DNA of 53,289 nt from Candidatus Kerfeldbacteria bacterium (lineage in GTDB: Bacteria; Patescibacteriota; Patescibacteriia; UBA9570; XYC2-FULL-38-9). The DNA lies in assembly GCA_016182555.1 (NCBI GenBank), contig JACPGJ010000006.1:1-53289 (forward strand), in the 5' to 3' direction. A program made the translations under genes and the position numbers. Shown piece by piece: positions 40,056 through 50,520 of the stretch (its first letter is position 1; each line of letters opens with the position of its first letter). The notes beneath the pieces are model-generated. The model saw nothing but the letters and a program-made list of their open reading frames with translations. It made no database searches and was not told where the DNA came from.

Positions 40056-41231
40056 ATGGGTAGTAAATGTTTAGTTTCACTCCTCATCGCGATACTATTT
40101 GCAAGCCCTTTGATCGCATTTACAGCCACAAGCGATACGGTTTTTGATTTTACGGACCAAATAGGGACCACTGCAAATAACACAAAGCTTTTTAAATATA
40201 CAGGTAAATTGTATGCGATTCATTCACATGGGGATCAATTTATCACGGAGAAATCGGACGACACTACCAATCCTATTCAAGTATCGGTTGCAACCAATCA
40301 AGATCTGAGTTCTTGGGCGGATGTTTCAAGCTCTGCTCCATTTTCTACGTTGACTGACCATGTATTTGAGATAGAAAAGTTTTTCACTTTCAAAAAATAC
40401 ATCTATGCCTTTGTTGTCACCACAGAGAATACCCCCGAGTTATGGCGCTTAAGGAAAAAGCGTGACGGTGCGGTTTGGGAACAAATTGGAGAAGATGTTT
40501 TTTCAACTCAACTCATAGATTTCACATCTGCAGTTGTTCGGCTTGCCACCGTCAACGTCAACCCAGCTTTATTTGTCATTGGGCACACGGTTAATGGTAA
40601 TCATATATATAAAACAACCGATGGTGTGCATTGGCAACGCGTCAACGCGAACGCTCTTTTTGTAGGTGATGGAACAGCTCCAATAGTGCGTCTTGTGAAA
40701 CACACAGTTGATGATACTCGTTATGCATATGCTTTTACTCAAGATGGTCAGGTACTGCGCGCAGAACTCGATCATATGGATACTTGGGAAAATGTTTTCA
40801 CTATTCAAGCAGTCAGTAGTGATGCTGATACTCCGAATCCCGATTTCACGCTCACCTCAGCCGGTCAAATTGGCGGGAAATTATATGTGATTGGACAAGC
40901 GGAAAATGACGAACCGGGCGGACAATTATTTGTTTCTACAGATTGGGAAACAGCATCTCTCACTCAATCCTTCAACAACAGTTCTGGGAATTGGATATTC
41001 CATAAATTTGCTTCCAATAATACACTCTATATTTTAGCCGATGTGAATGAAGGTATGGCATGGTTTGCACGCATGACAGATAATAACACCACTGAAACGC
41101 TTTTATTGAGTGATGTTGATTTTGATCATGATGAGTCGGCGCAGTTCACGAGTCTGCTTACTTATAAAGACAGAAATTACTTTTCTTATCGCACATCGAA
41201 CGGTTCGCTGATCTATTCTTTATCGGAATAG
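40056..41231 (+). CDS. Secreted beta-rich (possibly beta-propeller) protein
   Basis: Signal peptide; Asp-box-like IYKTTDGVHW and LFVSTDW. Confidence 0.7.
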   Translation: MGSKCLVSLLIAILFASPLIAFTATSDTVFDFTDQIGTTANNTKLFKYTGKLYAIHSHGDQFITEKSDDTTNPIQVSVATNQDLSSWADVSSSAPFSTLTDHVFEIEKFFTFKKYIYAFVVTTENTPELWRLRKKRDGAVWEQIGEDVFSTQLIDFTSAVVRLATVNVNPALFVIGHTVNGNHIYKTTDGVHWQRVNANALFVGDGTAPIVRLVKHTVDDTRYAYAFTQDGQVLRAELDHMDTWENVFTIQAVSSDADTPNPDFTLTSAGQIGGKLYVIGQAENDEPGGQLFVSTDWETASLTQSFNNSSGNWIFHKFASNNTLYILADVNEGMAWFARMTDNNTTETLLLSDVDFDHDESAQFTSLLTYKDRNYFSYRTSNGSLIYSLSE

Positions 41232-41372
41232 ATATGCGTATTTAATCTGTCGGAAGTAAGTTTGAAATTTTTATAACCATTATGAAAATAAAATTGGCAC
41301 ATATTTTCCTCAATCAAGAAAAAATGATATCCTTATCATATTCATACATCATTACCAGTAATTTTTTGAATT

Positions 41373-42803
41373 ATGCCTACCCCGCAACAACACTTCGGTT
41401 CTACGCCTGAACCAGTGGATATGTTTGATGCGCTTCCGCAACAGCAACAATCAGCGCAAGTGCAACCCATGCAGCAACCCCTGGCTGCACAACCCGCAGC
41501 ATCTCCAATGCCGACTATATCGCCCGAACCATTGATGAATCAGGGGGAAATGAATATTCCTACTACGCCACCGCGAAAAAAGAAAAAAATTATTCTTCTC
41601 TGTGTGTTGCTTGTCGTGTGTATGCTGATTGGTGTAGGCGCCTACGCCGGATATTCTTTTTATTATTCTCCGCAGCGTGTAGCCAAAAAAACTATAGAAA
41701 ATTTTTTGCAAATTAAAACGGTTGCCTATGCTGTAGATATTACTCCAGAATTTGTTGCTGATCAGCCATCATTCATGCCAGTATTGGGTCACGGTCTGAG
41801 CGGTATTCGTGCAACGATTGCTGGGCACAGCGATATGCGTGATCAAGATAATCCACGAGGTACAGCTGATGTCAGTTTGTATATGAGTGACAGTAGGGGT
41901 GGTGAAGAAATTTATTCATTTGAAACAAAAAGTATAGACCATAGCCTGTATTTGAATATTAGTCGCGGACCATCTTTTCCCTCGTTTCCCTCAGACAAGG
42001 TAGAGAATCAATGGATTGAATTGAACACCCAAAAATTAGCCGAAACGTTTCCACTGCCACGAAATATTAAAAATAAGTTGGAAAATGTAAAACAATCGAA
42101 GCTCACCAATGAACAAAAACAACAATTAAAAAATGCCTTTGTTCAGCATCCTTTCATTTCGTTGGGTCAACGCGTGGGTGCAGAAGACATTCATGGGGTG
42201 AAGACCAATCACTATACGACCACAGTCGATAAAGAGGTATTGAAAGCATTTTTGCAAACAGTACAATCCATTTTGAATAATGGTATTGTATCGTCAGAGA
42301 AGATTGATGAATTTTTGCAAGATTTCGATCATGCTTCAGCTGTGCAATTCGATGTTTGGATTGGGAAAAAAGATTATCAACTCTATCAATGGAAGTTAGT
42401 GGTACCAATAGATACACAGAGCTTCAAATCTCTTTCCGTGACGGGGCAATTATGGGATCATAATGTGTCCGTAGATATTGCCGCGCCAGAAGATGCTGTG
42501 CCGCTTGATGAATTTATACAAACTGCTTTCGGTATTGATATCAATGCATTAACGAAAGAGTCTACACCAACACCAGAGGTAGAAAATGTGAATGACGATG
42601 ATGTGACCGTGAGTGAAGAAACGACAACCACGAATGGTGACCGTGATTCAGATGCTGATGGATTGTCCGACGAAGATGAACAACAATATGGTACAGATCC
42701 AAAAAATTTAGATTCGGATAGTGATGGTTATACTGACTGGGAAGAGGTGGAATATGGATACAATCCTATGGGCGCTGGTGCATTGCCCGCGAGCGATGAA
42801 TAA
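41373..42803 (+). CDS. Membrane-anchored protein with C-terminal Ca-binding (TSP3-like) repeats
   Basis: Pro/Gln-rich N-terminus, one TM helix, DSDADGLSDEDE..GTDPKNLDSDSDGYTDWEEV..GYNP. Confidence 0.8.
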   Translation: MPTPQQHFGSTPEPVDMFDALPQQQQSAQVQPMQQPLAAQPAASPMPTISPEPLMNQGEMNIPTTPPRKKKKIILLCVLLVVCMLIGVGAYAGYSFYYSPQRVAKKTIENFLQIKTVAYAVDITPEFVADQPSFMPVLGHGLSGIRATIAGHSDMRDQDNPRGTADVSLYMSDSRGGEEIYSFETKSIDHSLYLNISRGPSFPSFPSDKVENQWIELNTQKLAETFPLPRNIKNKLENVKQSKLTNEQKQQLKNAFVQHPFISLGQRVGAEDIHGVKTNHYTTTVDKEVLKAFLQTVQSILNNGIVSSEKIDEFLQDFDHASAVQFDVWIGKKDYQLYQWKLVVPIDTQSFKSLSVTGQLWDHNVSVDIAAPEDAVPLDEFIQTAFGIDINALTKESTPTPEVENVNDDDVTVSEETTTTNGDRDSDADGLSDEDEQQYGTDPKNLDSDSDGYTDWEEVEYGYNPMGAGALPASDE

Positions 42804-44825
42804 TTAGTGTATACCGATAGCGCGAACGACGCGCGTTCCAGAGATGAGCTGATCTTGATGCATGAGTTGGACCGGATAGTATTTCACGATTGGTTCACCA
42901 GTATCATTTTTGGGCGCGCTAAATGTAAAAGTAATCGTGCCTTGTGCTCCGGGTGCCACCAATTCAGAAAATGTACCTCGTTCTTTATTGTTGAATAACA
43001 GTGTCACAGTATCATCCCAGGTTTGTTCACCAGTATTTTGAAATGTGAAAGAGACATCTTGGCTAGTTTCATGGACCATTGCTAATGGAAATGTCGTTGC
43101 TGTGAGCGTGCCTGCATACGAATGAATAAAATGAAATGACGCTGTTCCATTGGATTTAGCAATTTTGCGTTTTCCGACATAGAGCTTCGTCAATATATTT
43201 TTTTGTACGGGGTCTTTCGGTGTGCGGATTTGGAAGGTAAAGCTCGCTGTTTCGTTTGGCGCAACACTGGTTTCATTCATCGCAATATGCCCATGGTCAT
43301 TTTCCCACGATGCATGACGTAATCGAGTGCGGTTTGTGCCTAGGCCATTAAATATTTTTAATCGCGTTGATGTTTGTTCCCATGTGCGGTCACCGGTATT
43401 GGTATAGGTCACCGTGACCATGACCGGTTCACCAATTTCTACATGCTCTAAATCTATTGGAGCTTCTTCTTGTTCGTCCGCGGTTTCTGTGTCGCTTGGT
43501 GATATCGCCGTGACGGCACTGAGTGCGCCACGAAATGGATGTTGGGTGAGCGTTTGGTATTGTTGCTGTGCGAGTGAGCGAATATGGTCTACATCATCAT
43601 GCACGACGGTTCCTGGGCAAGTAGTGGCATCTAAATCTCGATGCCCAACAATACGATTGATATCTTGGCCCAGTAAGTTTGTTTGAGAATTCGGTTTGAT
43701 GTGCAAATGTGCAGAAAGTGTCCCAATGAGTTTTCCGAGCGCGGCTTCCATTTCCGGAGTGAGTTCTGTTTCTGTATCGCAAACAGAGTCATAGCAACCG
43801 AGTAAGGCAATACCAATAGTTCCAATATTAAAATTTGTATTTGTTTCACTGTTGTACGTATGCCCACCAATCACGCCGAGTTTTCCTTTGCGTCCTTTAT
43901 AAATATTCCCTGAACGATCGATTAAAAAATTATATCCAATATCACCCCAACCGTTGACAACCGTATGCCAATAGTGAATGGCCCGTACGGTGGCTGCGGG
44001 GTCATCGCCACCGTCTCCGCCAGCAGTATGGTGCACGACAAATGCTTTTACCTTGGCATATTCTGGTACCCATGTTGGGTTACCTTCTTCATCTTGGGCT
44101 AATGTTTCATCAGCGCCCCAGTTTTCTCTGGAAATAATTTCGTCTTGCAAAGTTGCATATGTTGTTGTTTGCTGTGCTGCTGAAAATGTCGTTTCACCAC
44201 TCGATTGTGCCGAAAAACCACTTTGCATGGCCGCATCTGTTATTGGCTGTTGCGTATTGTAGTAGATAATTTGTACCTCTTCCACTTGTGGGCTTGTTCC
44301 ATCTGCCTGCCGACGTAGAGTGACGTCAACACTCAATGAATTAGCACGAGAAACAATCAACGGTTCTGTGACATGTTTTCCTGTAGGCAGTTGTTCTTTC
44401 AGATCATCACCTAGTGTGGGGAAATCGCGAGAGATATATTCATTCGAATCTTGAATGTGTGCGGTAAATGACACTGTGGGACTTTCTCCTTCTTCTGGGT
44501 CGCTCCCTTGACCATACCAGATGATTCCCACGGCAGAAAATGTGAATGCTGTTTCGGGAAGAGTAATAGTGTAGGATGTTGATTCTTGTCCGTTTGGAAT
44601 GAGCAGTGTTTCCGTATCTATAGTGGAGCTGCTGGAAGCAGAAAGTGTTTGTGGAGAAGAGGTTGGAGTATTGAATGTACGAACATCTAGTATTCCATGA
44701 GGAATCGATTCGGCAGCGAATACCGTATCTGTTTGAAGAAAAAAGAGGAAAGAAAGAAGGATGACGAGCGATAGACTACCAACTCGTTTATTACACCAGT
44801 AATTGAGTAAAAATGAATGTGCCAT
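42804..44825 (-). CDS. Secreted N-acetylmuramoyl-L-alanine amidase (Amidase_2/PGRP) with C-terminal Ig-like domains
   Basis: IISRENWGA, VVHHTAG, GWGDIGYNFLID, GHRDLDATTCPG; two NTGxxTW Ig-like repeats. Confidence 0.9.
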   Translation of the reverse strand: MAHSFLLNYWCNKRVGSLSLVILLSFLFFLQTDTVFAAESIPHGILDVRTFNTPTSSPQTLSASSSSTIDTETLLIPNGQESTSYTITLPETAFTFSAVGIIWYGQGSDPEEGESPTVSFTAHIQDSNEYISRDFPTLGDDLKEQLPTGKHVTEPLIVSRANSLSVDVTLRRQADGTSPQVEEVQIIYYNTQQPITDAAMQSGFSAQSSGETTFSAAQQTTTYATLQDEIISRENWGADETLAQDEEGNPTWVPEYAKVKAFVVHHTAGGDGGDDPAATVRAIHYWHTVVNGWGDIGYNFLIDRSGNIYKGRKGKLGVIGGHTYNSETNTNFNIGTIGIALLGCYDSVCDTETELTPEMEAALGKLIGTLSAHLHIKPNSQTNLLGQDINRIVGHRDLDATTCPGTVVHDDVDHIRSLAQQQYQTLTQHPFRGALSAVTAISPSDTETADEQEEAPIDLEHVEIGEPVMVTVTYTNTGDRTWEQTSTRLKIFNGLGTNRTRLRHASWENDHGHIAMNETSVAPNETASFTFQIRTPKDPVQKNILTKLYVGKRKIAKSNGTASFHFIHSYAGTLTATTFPLAMVHETSQDVSFTFQNTGEQTWDDTVTLLFNNKERGTFSELVAPGAQGTITFTFSAPKNDTGEPIVKYYPVQLMHQDQLISGTRVVRAIGIH

Positions 44826-45065
44826 GAAGCATTTTTGAGTTTAGTTATTATACCTCAAAAATTCCTTTTTGTCCAGCGTTCACTGAATACAAAATGTATA
44901 CAAAAATTTGTCAAAGTATATGTAAATAAATTATACATCGATCAACATTTATTAAAAATAGTTACAAAAAATCCGCTGAATAATTCAGGGATTTTTTGTC
45001 TTCATTGATGATCATCATTGAGAAATGAGGGTTTTGAAAAGGTGAACCCACAACCGACTGTGCTA

Positions 45066-46631
45066 TTAACCTGGCTGGAATGCGTAACCGCGGCCCGGTG
45101 CTGCATTTTCATGGGAAGACATTGCACGAGCAACATAGGTCACATGCTCTTGCGCTTCCTGAACAGTGATTGAGGTAAAACAATCGTACCACGCCTCTTC
45201 ACATTCCCAGGGAACAACGAGTGTATCTTTATACTGATGAAATCGTTGTTCCCAAGTGCTGCGTGAGATCTCTTTTCCTGCAATCGCTGCAAGCTGCTGA
45301 GCATAGTTGTAATCGTGGAACACTTGACTTGAAGGTGACCCGTGATTGAGCCAGTAGATATCAGTTTCACACTGATCCAACTGTATGCCTAACGCAGAAC
45401 GAGCCCATTCAAAGAATTCGAGTGAACGTTGGCAGGATTCGTGTGTTTCTCCGGATGAACCGAAGATCAGCGAAAAGTGCAGGTGGGCACCGCTTGAGGC
45501 AATATGGCGTACTGCCTGGCGGTTTTCTTCAATGCGTGAACCACCCGATTGCGTCGCTTTCACAACACCGCGTGCGAGCATCCGTTCATCGCCAGAGTCC
45601 ATCCCGACATTCACCAGAAGCCGACCACCAGTCAGTGACAGCCAGTCTTCTAAGTATTCTGGATGTCGAGATATCCCCCATGCCCGGCCGTACAACATCA
45701 GTCCTTCGCTGAAGTGTGCACCCAAACTTTGCAGTGTATGGCACACCGAACGCATTTCATACGCGGAGTCGGTTACATTGAAGAGATAATTTATCCCAAA
45801 TGCTTCATACACCTCCAGCAGTTCTTTGAGATATTCCTGCGTGGGAAGCCGTATGTCCGCCACACCAGCGATGGTGCAGTAGGAACAGACATCGGCTGTG
45901 CCCGTACGGGTGCATCCTTGCGCGAATAGTGAGAGTGCATTCCGTACCTGCGCAGTGGTGATGTGTTTGTGGCCGAATACAGTACGATAGTTGTGCCACA
46001 CCTTCTGCCAATACTCGTCTCCGAACAGATCGAGCTTGGGTACCACGAACACATCATGCGGATCGAACTTTCCCTGTTGTCGAAGTTGTGCACGCATTTC
46101 TCGTTCGGCTTGAATAACCACGCGCTCGTTGGACGGAGTGAATCCACCAGGAACAACAGCCACTCCTGGAATGTTGAGTTTGTTCAGATTAACCGATCCG
46201 ACTTGCCGCACAAATTCGCGCACAGCTGTGAGGCTGTTGCTGGTGAATACGGCATCAATTGGATGATCTGGAAGTCGAAGCAATTGATCGACTCTGAAAA
46301 TTGCGGAATCGTTGCCGGCAATGATAATGCGTGCACCAAGATTTTTTGCTTGTCGCGCTAGCTCAATTCCTCGCTCCATGCCAGTAGCAACCAGACTCAA
46401 GCCGACCATGTCACCTGGCTGGACGATCCGTTCCAGATCAACATAGCCTTGAACGAGTTCGTCGTGCAGAACAACCTCCCACCCTTCTTCATGTACAACT
46501 GTGCCGACCGTAAGTATACCCAGGTGAGGCCACAGCCGGTACTGGGTGGTATCCCCAGAGAGAGTGTTGATGGTATGCTCGACATTGATCAGAACCAGTC
46601 GACTATTTTGAATATGCTGTGAAAGAGCCAT
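45066..46631 (-). CDS. B12-binding-domain radical SAM protein
   Basis: N-terminal PHLGILTVGT / VGLS / IIAG cobalamin-domain pattern; QGC-X8-CSYC; VGMDSGDERML; LIFGSSGETHESC. Confidence 0.78.
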   Translation of the reverse strand: MALSQHIQNSRLVLINVEHTINTLSGDTTQYRLWPHLGILTVGTVVHEEGWEVVLHDELVQGYVDLERIVQPGDMVGLSLVATGMERGIELARQAKNLGARIIIAGNDSAIFRVDQLLRLPDHPIDAVFTSNSLTAVREFVRQVGSVNLNKLNIPGVAVVPGGFTPSNERVVIQAEREMRAQLRQQGKFDPHDVFVVPKLDLFGDEYWQKVWHNYRTVFGHKHITTAQVRNALSLFAQGCTRTGTADVCSYCTIAGVADIRLPTQEYLKELLEVYEAFGINYLFNVTDSAYEMRSVCHTLQSLGAHFSEGLMLYGRAWGISRHPEYLEDWLSLTGGRLLVNVGMDSGDERMLARGVVKATQSGGSRIEENRQAVRHIASSGAHLHFSLIFGSSGETHESCQRSLEFFEWARSALGIQLDQCETDIYWLNHGSPSSQVFHDYNYAQQLAAIAGKEISRSTWEQRFHQYKDTLVVPWECEEAWYDCFTSITVQEAQEHVTYVARAMSSHENAAPGRGYAFQPG

Positions 46632-46775
46632 TGTCTATCCTCCTATAACTGCAGTTGTATGTCTTAAGACAAGGGTACCGTACAGGAAAATAGAAAAAAT
46701 AAAATAGATACTTTGACAATAGGTGAGTTTTTTGCTAAAATTAAATAAAAATACTGTATAATTTTTTTGACAACA

Positions 46776-47588
46776 ATGTCGAATAAAAACATAAAAAGCT
46801 CTCCACAAGCAAAATTTGGCGAATTTCTGCGCACTCTTGGTCTCTCTGAAAATGAAACAGCAGTGTATTTGGCTTCGTTGCAGCTGGGTAACGCTATTGT
46901 GAAAGATATTGCAAAGCGAGCACGGCTGAACCGCACAACAACATATAATATTCTGCTACAGCTGCGAAAAATGGGAATTGTGTCGAGTTATCAAAAGAAC
47001 AATATTATTCATTTCAGTGCGGCTGAACCGCACCGCATTACCGATTTATTGAATAAACGGATACAGAAACAGAATGAGTTGAAAAATTTACTCAATAATT
47101 TACTACCAGAAATTAAAGTGTTATATCGCAAGCAGGCGTCTGGTGCTTCTATCAAAATTTTTGAAGGTATTGATAGCATGCCCGATATTTATGGGAGTGT
47201 GTATCGTAACCTGCGTCCGAATACAGAAAGTTTGGAGTTTACGAACTGGGGTGGAAAATATGATTTGTTTCCTGAGCAATTTCGGTATGATATGTTTGAA
47301 AAATTACAAAAACAGGGCATCTGGTCACGTTCAATGCTCATTGAAGATGACATGACGCGTTCATGGTACGAAAAATCCAAAGAAGGAAATCTTGCAGAGC
47401 AGCGAAAAAAAATTAAGCTACTATCAAATCCTGGTTGGGATTTTTTTTGTAATATTGAATTATACGAAAACCGTTTCGCGATTGTGACGTATAAGGATGA
47501 TATTGATTTTCAGGGTGTGCTCATTGAAAGCAACGAATTATCTTCAATGTTTCGTTTTCTCTTTGATGCCGTATGGAGTGTAGAGTAA
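46776..47588 (+). CDS. TrmB-family transcriptional regulator
   Basis: LGLSENETAVYLASLQLG...IAKRARLNRTTTYNIL wHTH; IKIFEG...IYENR-like C-terminal domain. Confidence 0.88.
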   Translation: MSNKNIKSSPQAKFGEFLRTLGLSENETAVYLASLQLGNAIVKDIAKRARLNRTTTYNILLQLRKMGIVSSYQKNNIIHFSAAEPHRITDLLNKRIQKQNELKNLLNNLLPEIKVLYRKQASGASIKIFEGIDSMPDIYGSVYRNLRPNTESLEFTNWGGKYDLFPEQFRYDMFEKLQKQGIWSRSMLIEDDMTRSWYEKSKEGNLAEQRKKIKLLSNPGWDFFCNIELYENRFAIVTYKDDIDFQGVLIESNELSSMFRFLFDAVWSVE

Positions 47589-47659
47589 ATTTAACTTTAA
47601 AAGTAGAGAATTGGTCAATACTTTGTTCAATGCAAAGAATACTTTCCATCAGGGTTGGA

Positions 47660-48970
47660 TCACGATGCATTTTTTTCCTCTATCGCGAATAGTTTTTGTA
47701 CAAACAGGAGACTCAACCAAAACCAGAAGAGGATTGAGAGATCGTTTTTGAAATAGGGCACGTCAACTAGTCCATAGACAAGAATGCTGATAAAGACGCC
47801 AAATAATATGAGGCCCAGTGGTTTTTTTGCGTGAATGGTTTTCGCAATAGTGATGAAACTATAGATCAATATCATCATGATCCAGATCAAACCAAGCAGC
47901 CCAAGCTGTACCCAAAAATCGAAAAAGATATTATGCGCATATTCTAATAATTCAATATGTGAAGGTAGGCGGTAGATATCATAGAGGATGGGAAATCCCG
48001 CAAGACCGGAACCGACAAACGGATGGGCACGAAGCAAGTGCAGCGTTCCTGTCCATAGTGCTAGGCGAACATCTCCAGAGACATCTTGAAACAGTAACAC
48101 GTGGCGAATAGGTGGAAGTGTCAACGCCAGCATTAGGCCAACTGTGCCAATAGTGAGGGTTGCCCACCGCCATTTGGTGAAGAGTAGCATGCAGCCGGTC
48201 GCAGCGATCACCGCAACAATAGCACCGTCAGATCGTGAAACAATTAACGCTCCAAAACAGAGGATGATCATACACACCATAGCAAGATTTTTTTTTCTTC
48301 CGGTAAAAAAACCACTCAGGAGTGTCCCGATGAGCATAGTCAGGATAGGTGCAATGTAGAGCCCAACAGCATTTGGGTAACCATAGAAAGCGGTTGCTCG
48401 GCGATTGGGAAGGTCGTGCCACGGTGCCGGAATATGCCAGCCAGTGAAATATTGAAACACGGCCACCGCAGCGATGATTGTTGCCGAAAGCCCAAGTGCG
48501 CTGAGGCAGAGCGCCACGTCTTTTCGTGTACGAATAGACTGTGTGCAGATGATAAAAAAGAGAATGGGTTCAATGATATAGGCTTTCCATATCCCTGCTC
48601 CTGCCCGTATATCAGGAGTCACGAGAAGACCAATGACTGAAGCAATAAGTAATAAGGCTATATTTCCATACCAGAATTTGTTGCTCGCGTCCTTCAACAG
48701 GCTTAGGGGGGTAGACCACCGTGTCATGGTGAGCCTGTCGAACCATGAAGGGATGAACGCGCGGAAGGGTGTAGCGAGCACGATACTTTTTATGATATGT
48801 ATGAAAAAAAGAACTATAATCATCACTTCAAGCAATGTGAATGGAATGCCAAATATGGAAAAACGAATGAGGTAACTGGGAAGTAATAGTAAAACAAAAG
48901 CAACGCCCCATACTCGATTTTTGATAGTAAGAACAATAGTAATAATGCTGAAAAGTATGGCGATGATCAT
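47660..48970 (-). CDS. O-antigen ligase-like (Wzy_C) membrane protein
   Basis: RATAFYGYPNAVG, SRSDGA, RLALW...PFVGSG, YAHNIFFDFWVQLGLLG. Confidence 0.88.
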   Translation of the reverse strand: MIIAILFSIITIVLTIKNRVWGVAFVLLLLPSYLIRFSIFGIPFTLLEVMIIVLFFIHIIKSIVLATPFRAFIPSWFDRLTMTRWSTPLSLLKDASNKFWYGNIALLLIASVIGLLVTPDIRAGAGIWKAYIIEPILFFIICTQSIRTRKDVALCLSALGLSATIIAAVAVFQYFTGWHIPAPWHDLPNRRATAFYGYPNAVGLYIAPILTMLIGTLLSGFFTGRKKNLAMVCMIILCFGALIVSRSDGAIVAVIAATGCMLLFTKWRWATLTIGTVGLMLALTLPPIRHVLLFQDVSGDVRLALWTGTLHLLRAHPFVGSGLAGFPILYDIYRLPSHIELLEYAHNIFFDFWVQLGLLGLIWIMMILIYSFITIAKTIHAKKPLGLILFGVFISILVYGLVDVPYFKNDLSILFWFWLSLLFVQKLFAIEEKNAS

Positions 48971-48982
48971 GTTATGAGTGTA

Positions 48983-49069
48983 TCCGGCTGTAGCGGCAAT
49001 TCTGGAGAAAGCACGGCTTTGCGAAGCAAAACGAAGCTTTCAAAGAATTGGCGCGAAAGGCCGGAAGGA
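48983..49069 (-). repeat. Structured palindromic element, copy B
   Basis: Long hairpin between two ligase genes; homologous to 15094-15181. Confidence 0.8.
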
Positions 49070-49082
49070 TAAACATATCTAT

Positions 49083-50513
49083 TCATAAAGAATGACGTTT
49101 TAGCAACACCATATTTTGTAATGCAATCAGCAGACCAATGGTAAACCAGACATGAACAATATAGAGAATGGAAAAAGTATTGTACTGCACTAAAATAGCG
49201 ACGAAGGCTGTGGTTGCGCCGACAAGCACAGCACGAACGAATGCATCTTGCGCACGTTGTATCGCTTTTAATGAACGAACAAGCACAATCAGGAAAACCA
49301 GTATCATGCTTCCAAAACCAAGAACGCCGGTTTCTGCGAGTAATTCTAAATATTCATTATTCACAATATGCCAACCTTGATCTGGAATGATATAGGGATG
49401 TCCGCTTTCATAAGGACCAAAACTTCCTGGGCCGATACCAATAATCGGGTGTGTATGAAATGCAACCAACGCTACTTCAAACATTTCTACACGTTCGGAG
49501 TATGATGCCCCAGAAAAAATATTGGTGACATGTCCAAGGAAATTTTCTGATAATGTATCAATGCCAATAAAGCGAAACACGATAATCACACCGAAAACGA
49601 AAGCGACCAATGCGCTGGTGATCGTACGCATACTGAGCAGTTGACGTTGAAAGAAATAGTAACAAAGAATAAGGCCAATACTGATGCCAAAAGCAATATA
49701 CCCACCCCGAGCAACGGTGAGTAACAAATTGAGTACGCCAATACCAGCAATAACTAACAGCTGTAGCGGAGTACATTTTTTCACCTGCGCAATAAATAAT
49801 GAAATCACGATAGATAATGGCGCCAGCAAGTAGTTGGCAAAATAGAGTGGTTCCAGCGCCGTGGATTGAACACGCGGGAAACCGAGCACTTCTTTTGTAT
49901 AGAGCTCACGTAAGCCAGTCAGTGCTGTGGGGAGGCCAATGAGATCGCCGACAAATTGATAGAGTCCGAATACACACACGAGAAACAATGAAATGAAATA
50001 CCACGTTAACAGTTGTTGCAGTTGTGTGGTGTTTTGCACCAAAAATGGAATCATGAGGCCGATTGCGATGGTAAATATGGTGAAACAGAACACCAGCACA
50101 GACCGATCCAAGTTTGGTGCATTAAATAATCCGCATACATTCACAAAAAGAAAAATGATGATTGGCCAGACAATGGGGTTTTTGGGTAGGCGGAAGCGCC
50201 GAGTGCCGAGACCATTCACCACCAGTGAAATCATGATGCATAGCGCGATAATTTGAGACGGTCGTATAGTGGAACCGGCAAAGTCATATGAACCAATGCG
50301 TTCAAACGGCAGGAAAAAAATAAATAGAAGCATGCCATGCCACGGATTGTTGATAATCAGCATGCCGATGAGCACACAACCTAAACCGCCAAATAGAAGA
50401 ATGGGTGAGGTGCGAGTACTCAGCCAACCGAGCAGCACAATGAGTGCGCCACTGAATATCCACCACAAGAGGGGGAGGGCTTTGATCCGATGTATCATGG
50501 ATTGCAGGGTCAT
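49083..50513 (-). CDS. O-antigen ligase-like (Wzy_C) membrane protein
   Basis: RVQSTALEPLYFANYL, TVARGG, HPIIGIGPG, NNEYLELLAETGVLG. Confidence 0.88.
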   Translation of the reverse strand: MTLQSMIHRIKALPLLWWIFSGALIVLLGWLSTRTSPILLFGGLGCVLIGMLIINNPWHGMLLFIFFLPFERIGSYDFAGSTIRPSQIIALCIMISLVVNGLGTRRFRLPKNPIVWPIIIFLFVNVCGLFNAPNLDRSVLVFCFTIFTIAIGLMIPFLVQNTTQLQQLLTWYFISLFLVCVFGLYQFVGDLIGLPTALTGLRELYTKEVLGFPRVQSTALEPLYFANYLLAPLSIVISLFIAQVKKCTPLQLLVIAGIGVLNLLLTVARGGYIAFGISIGLILCYYFFQRQLLSMRTITSALVAFVFGVIIVFRFIGIDTLSENFLGHVTNIFSGASYSERVEMFEVALVAFHTHPIIGIGPGSFGPYESGHPYIIPDQGWHIVNNEYLELLAETGVLGFGSMILVFLIVLVRSLKAIQRAQDAFVRAVLVGATTAFVAILVQYNTFSILYIVHVWFTIGLLIALQNMVLLKRHSL

Positions 50514-50520
50514 ACGCTCC

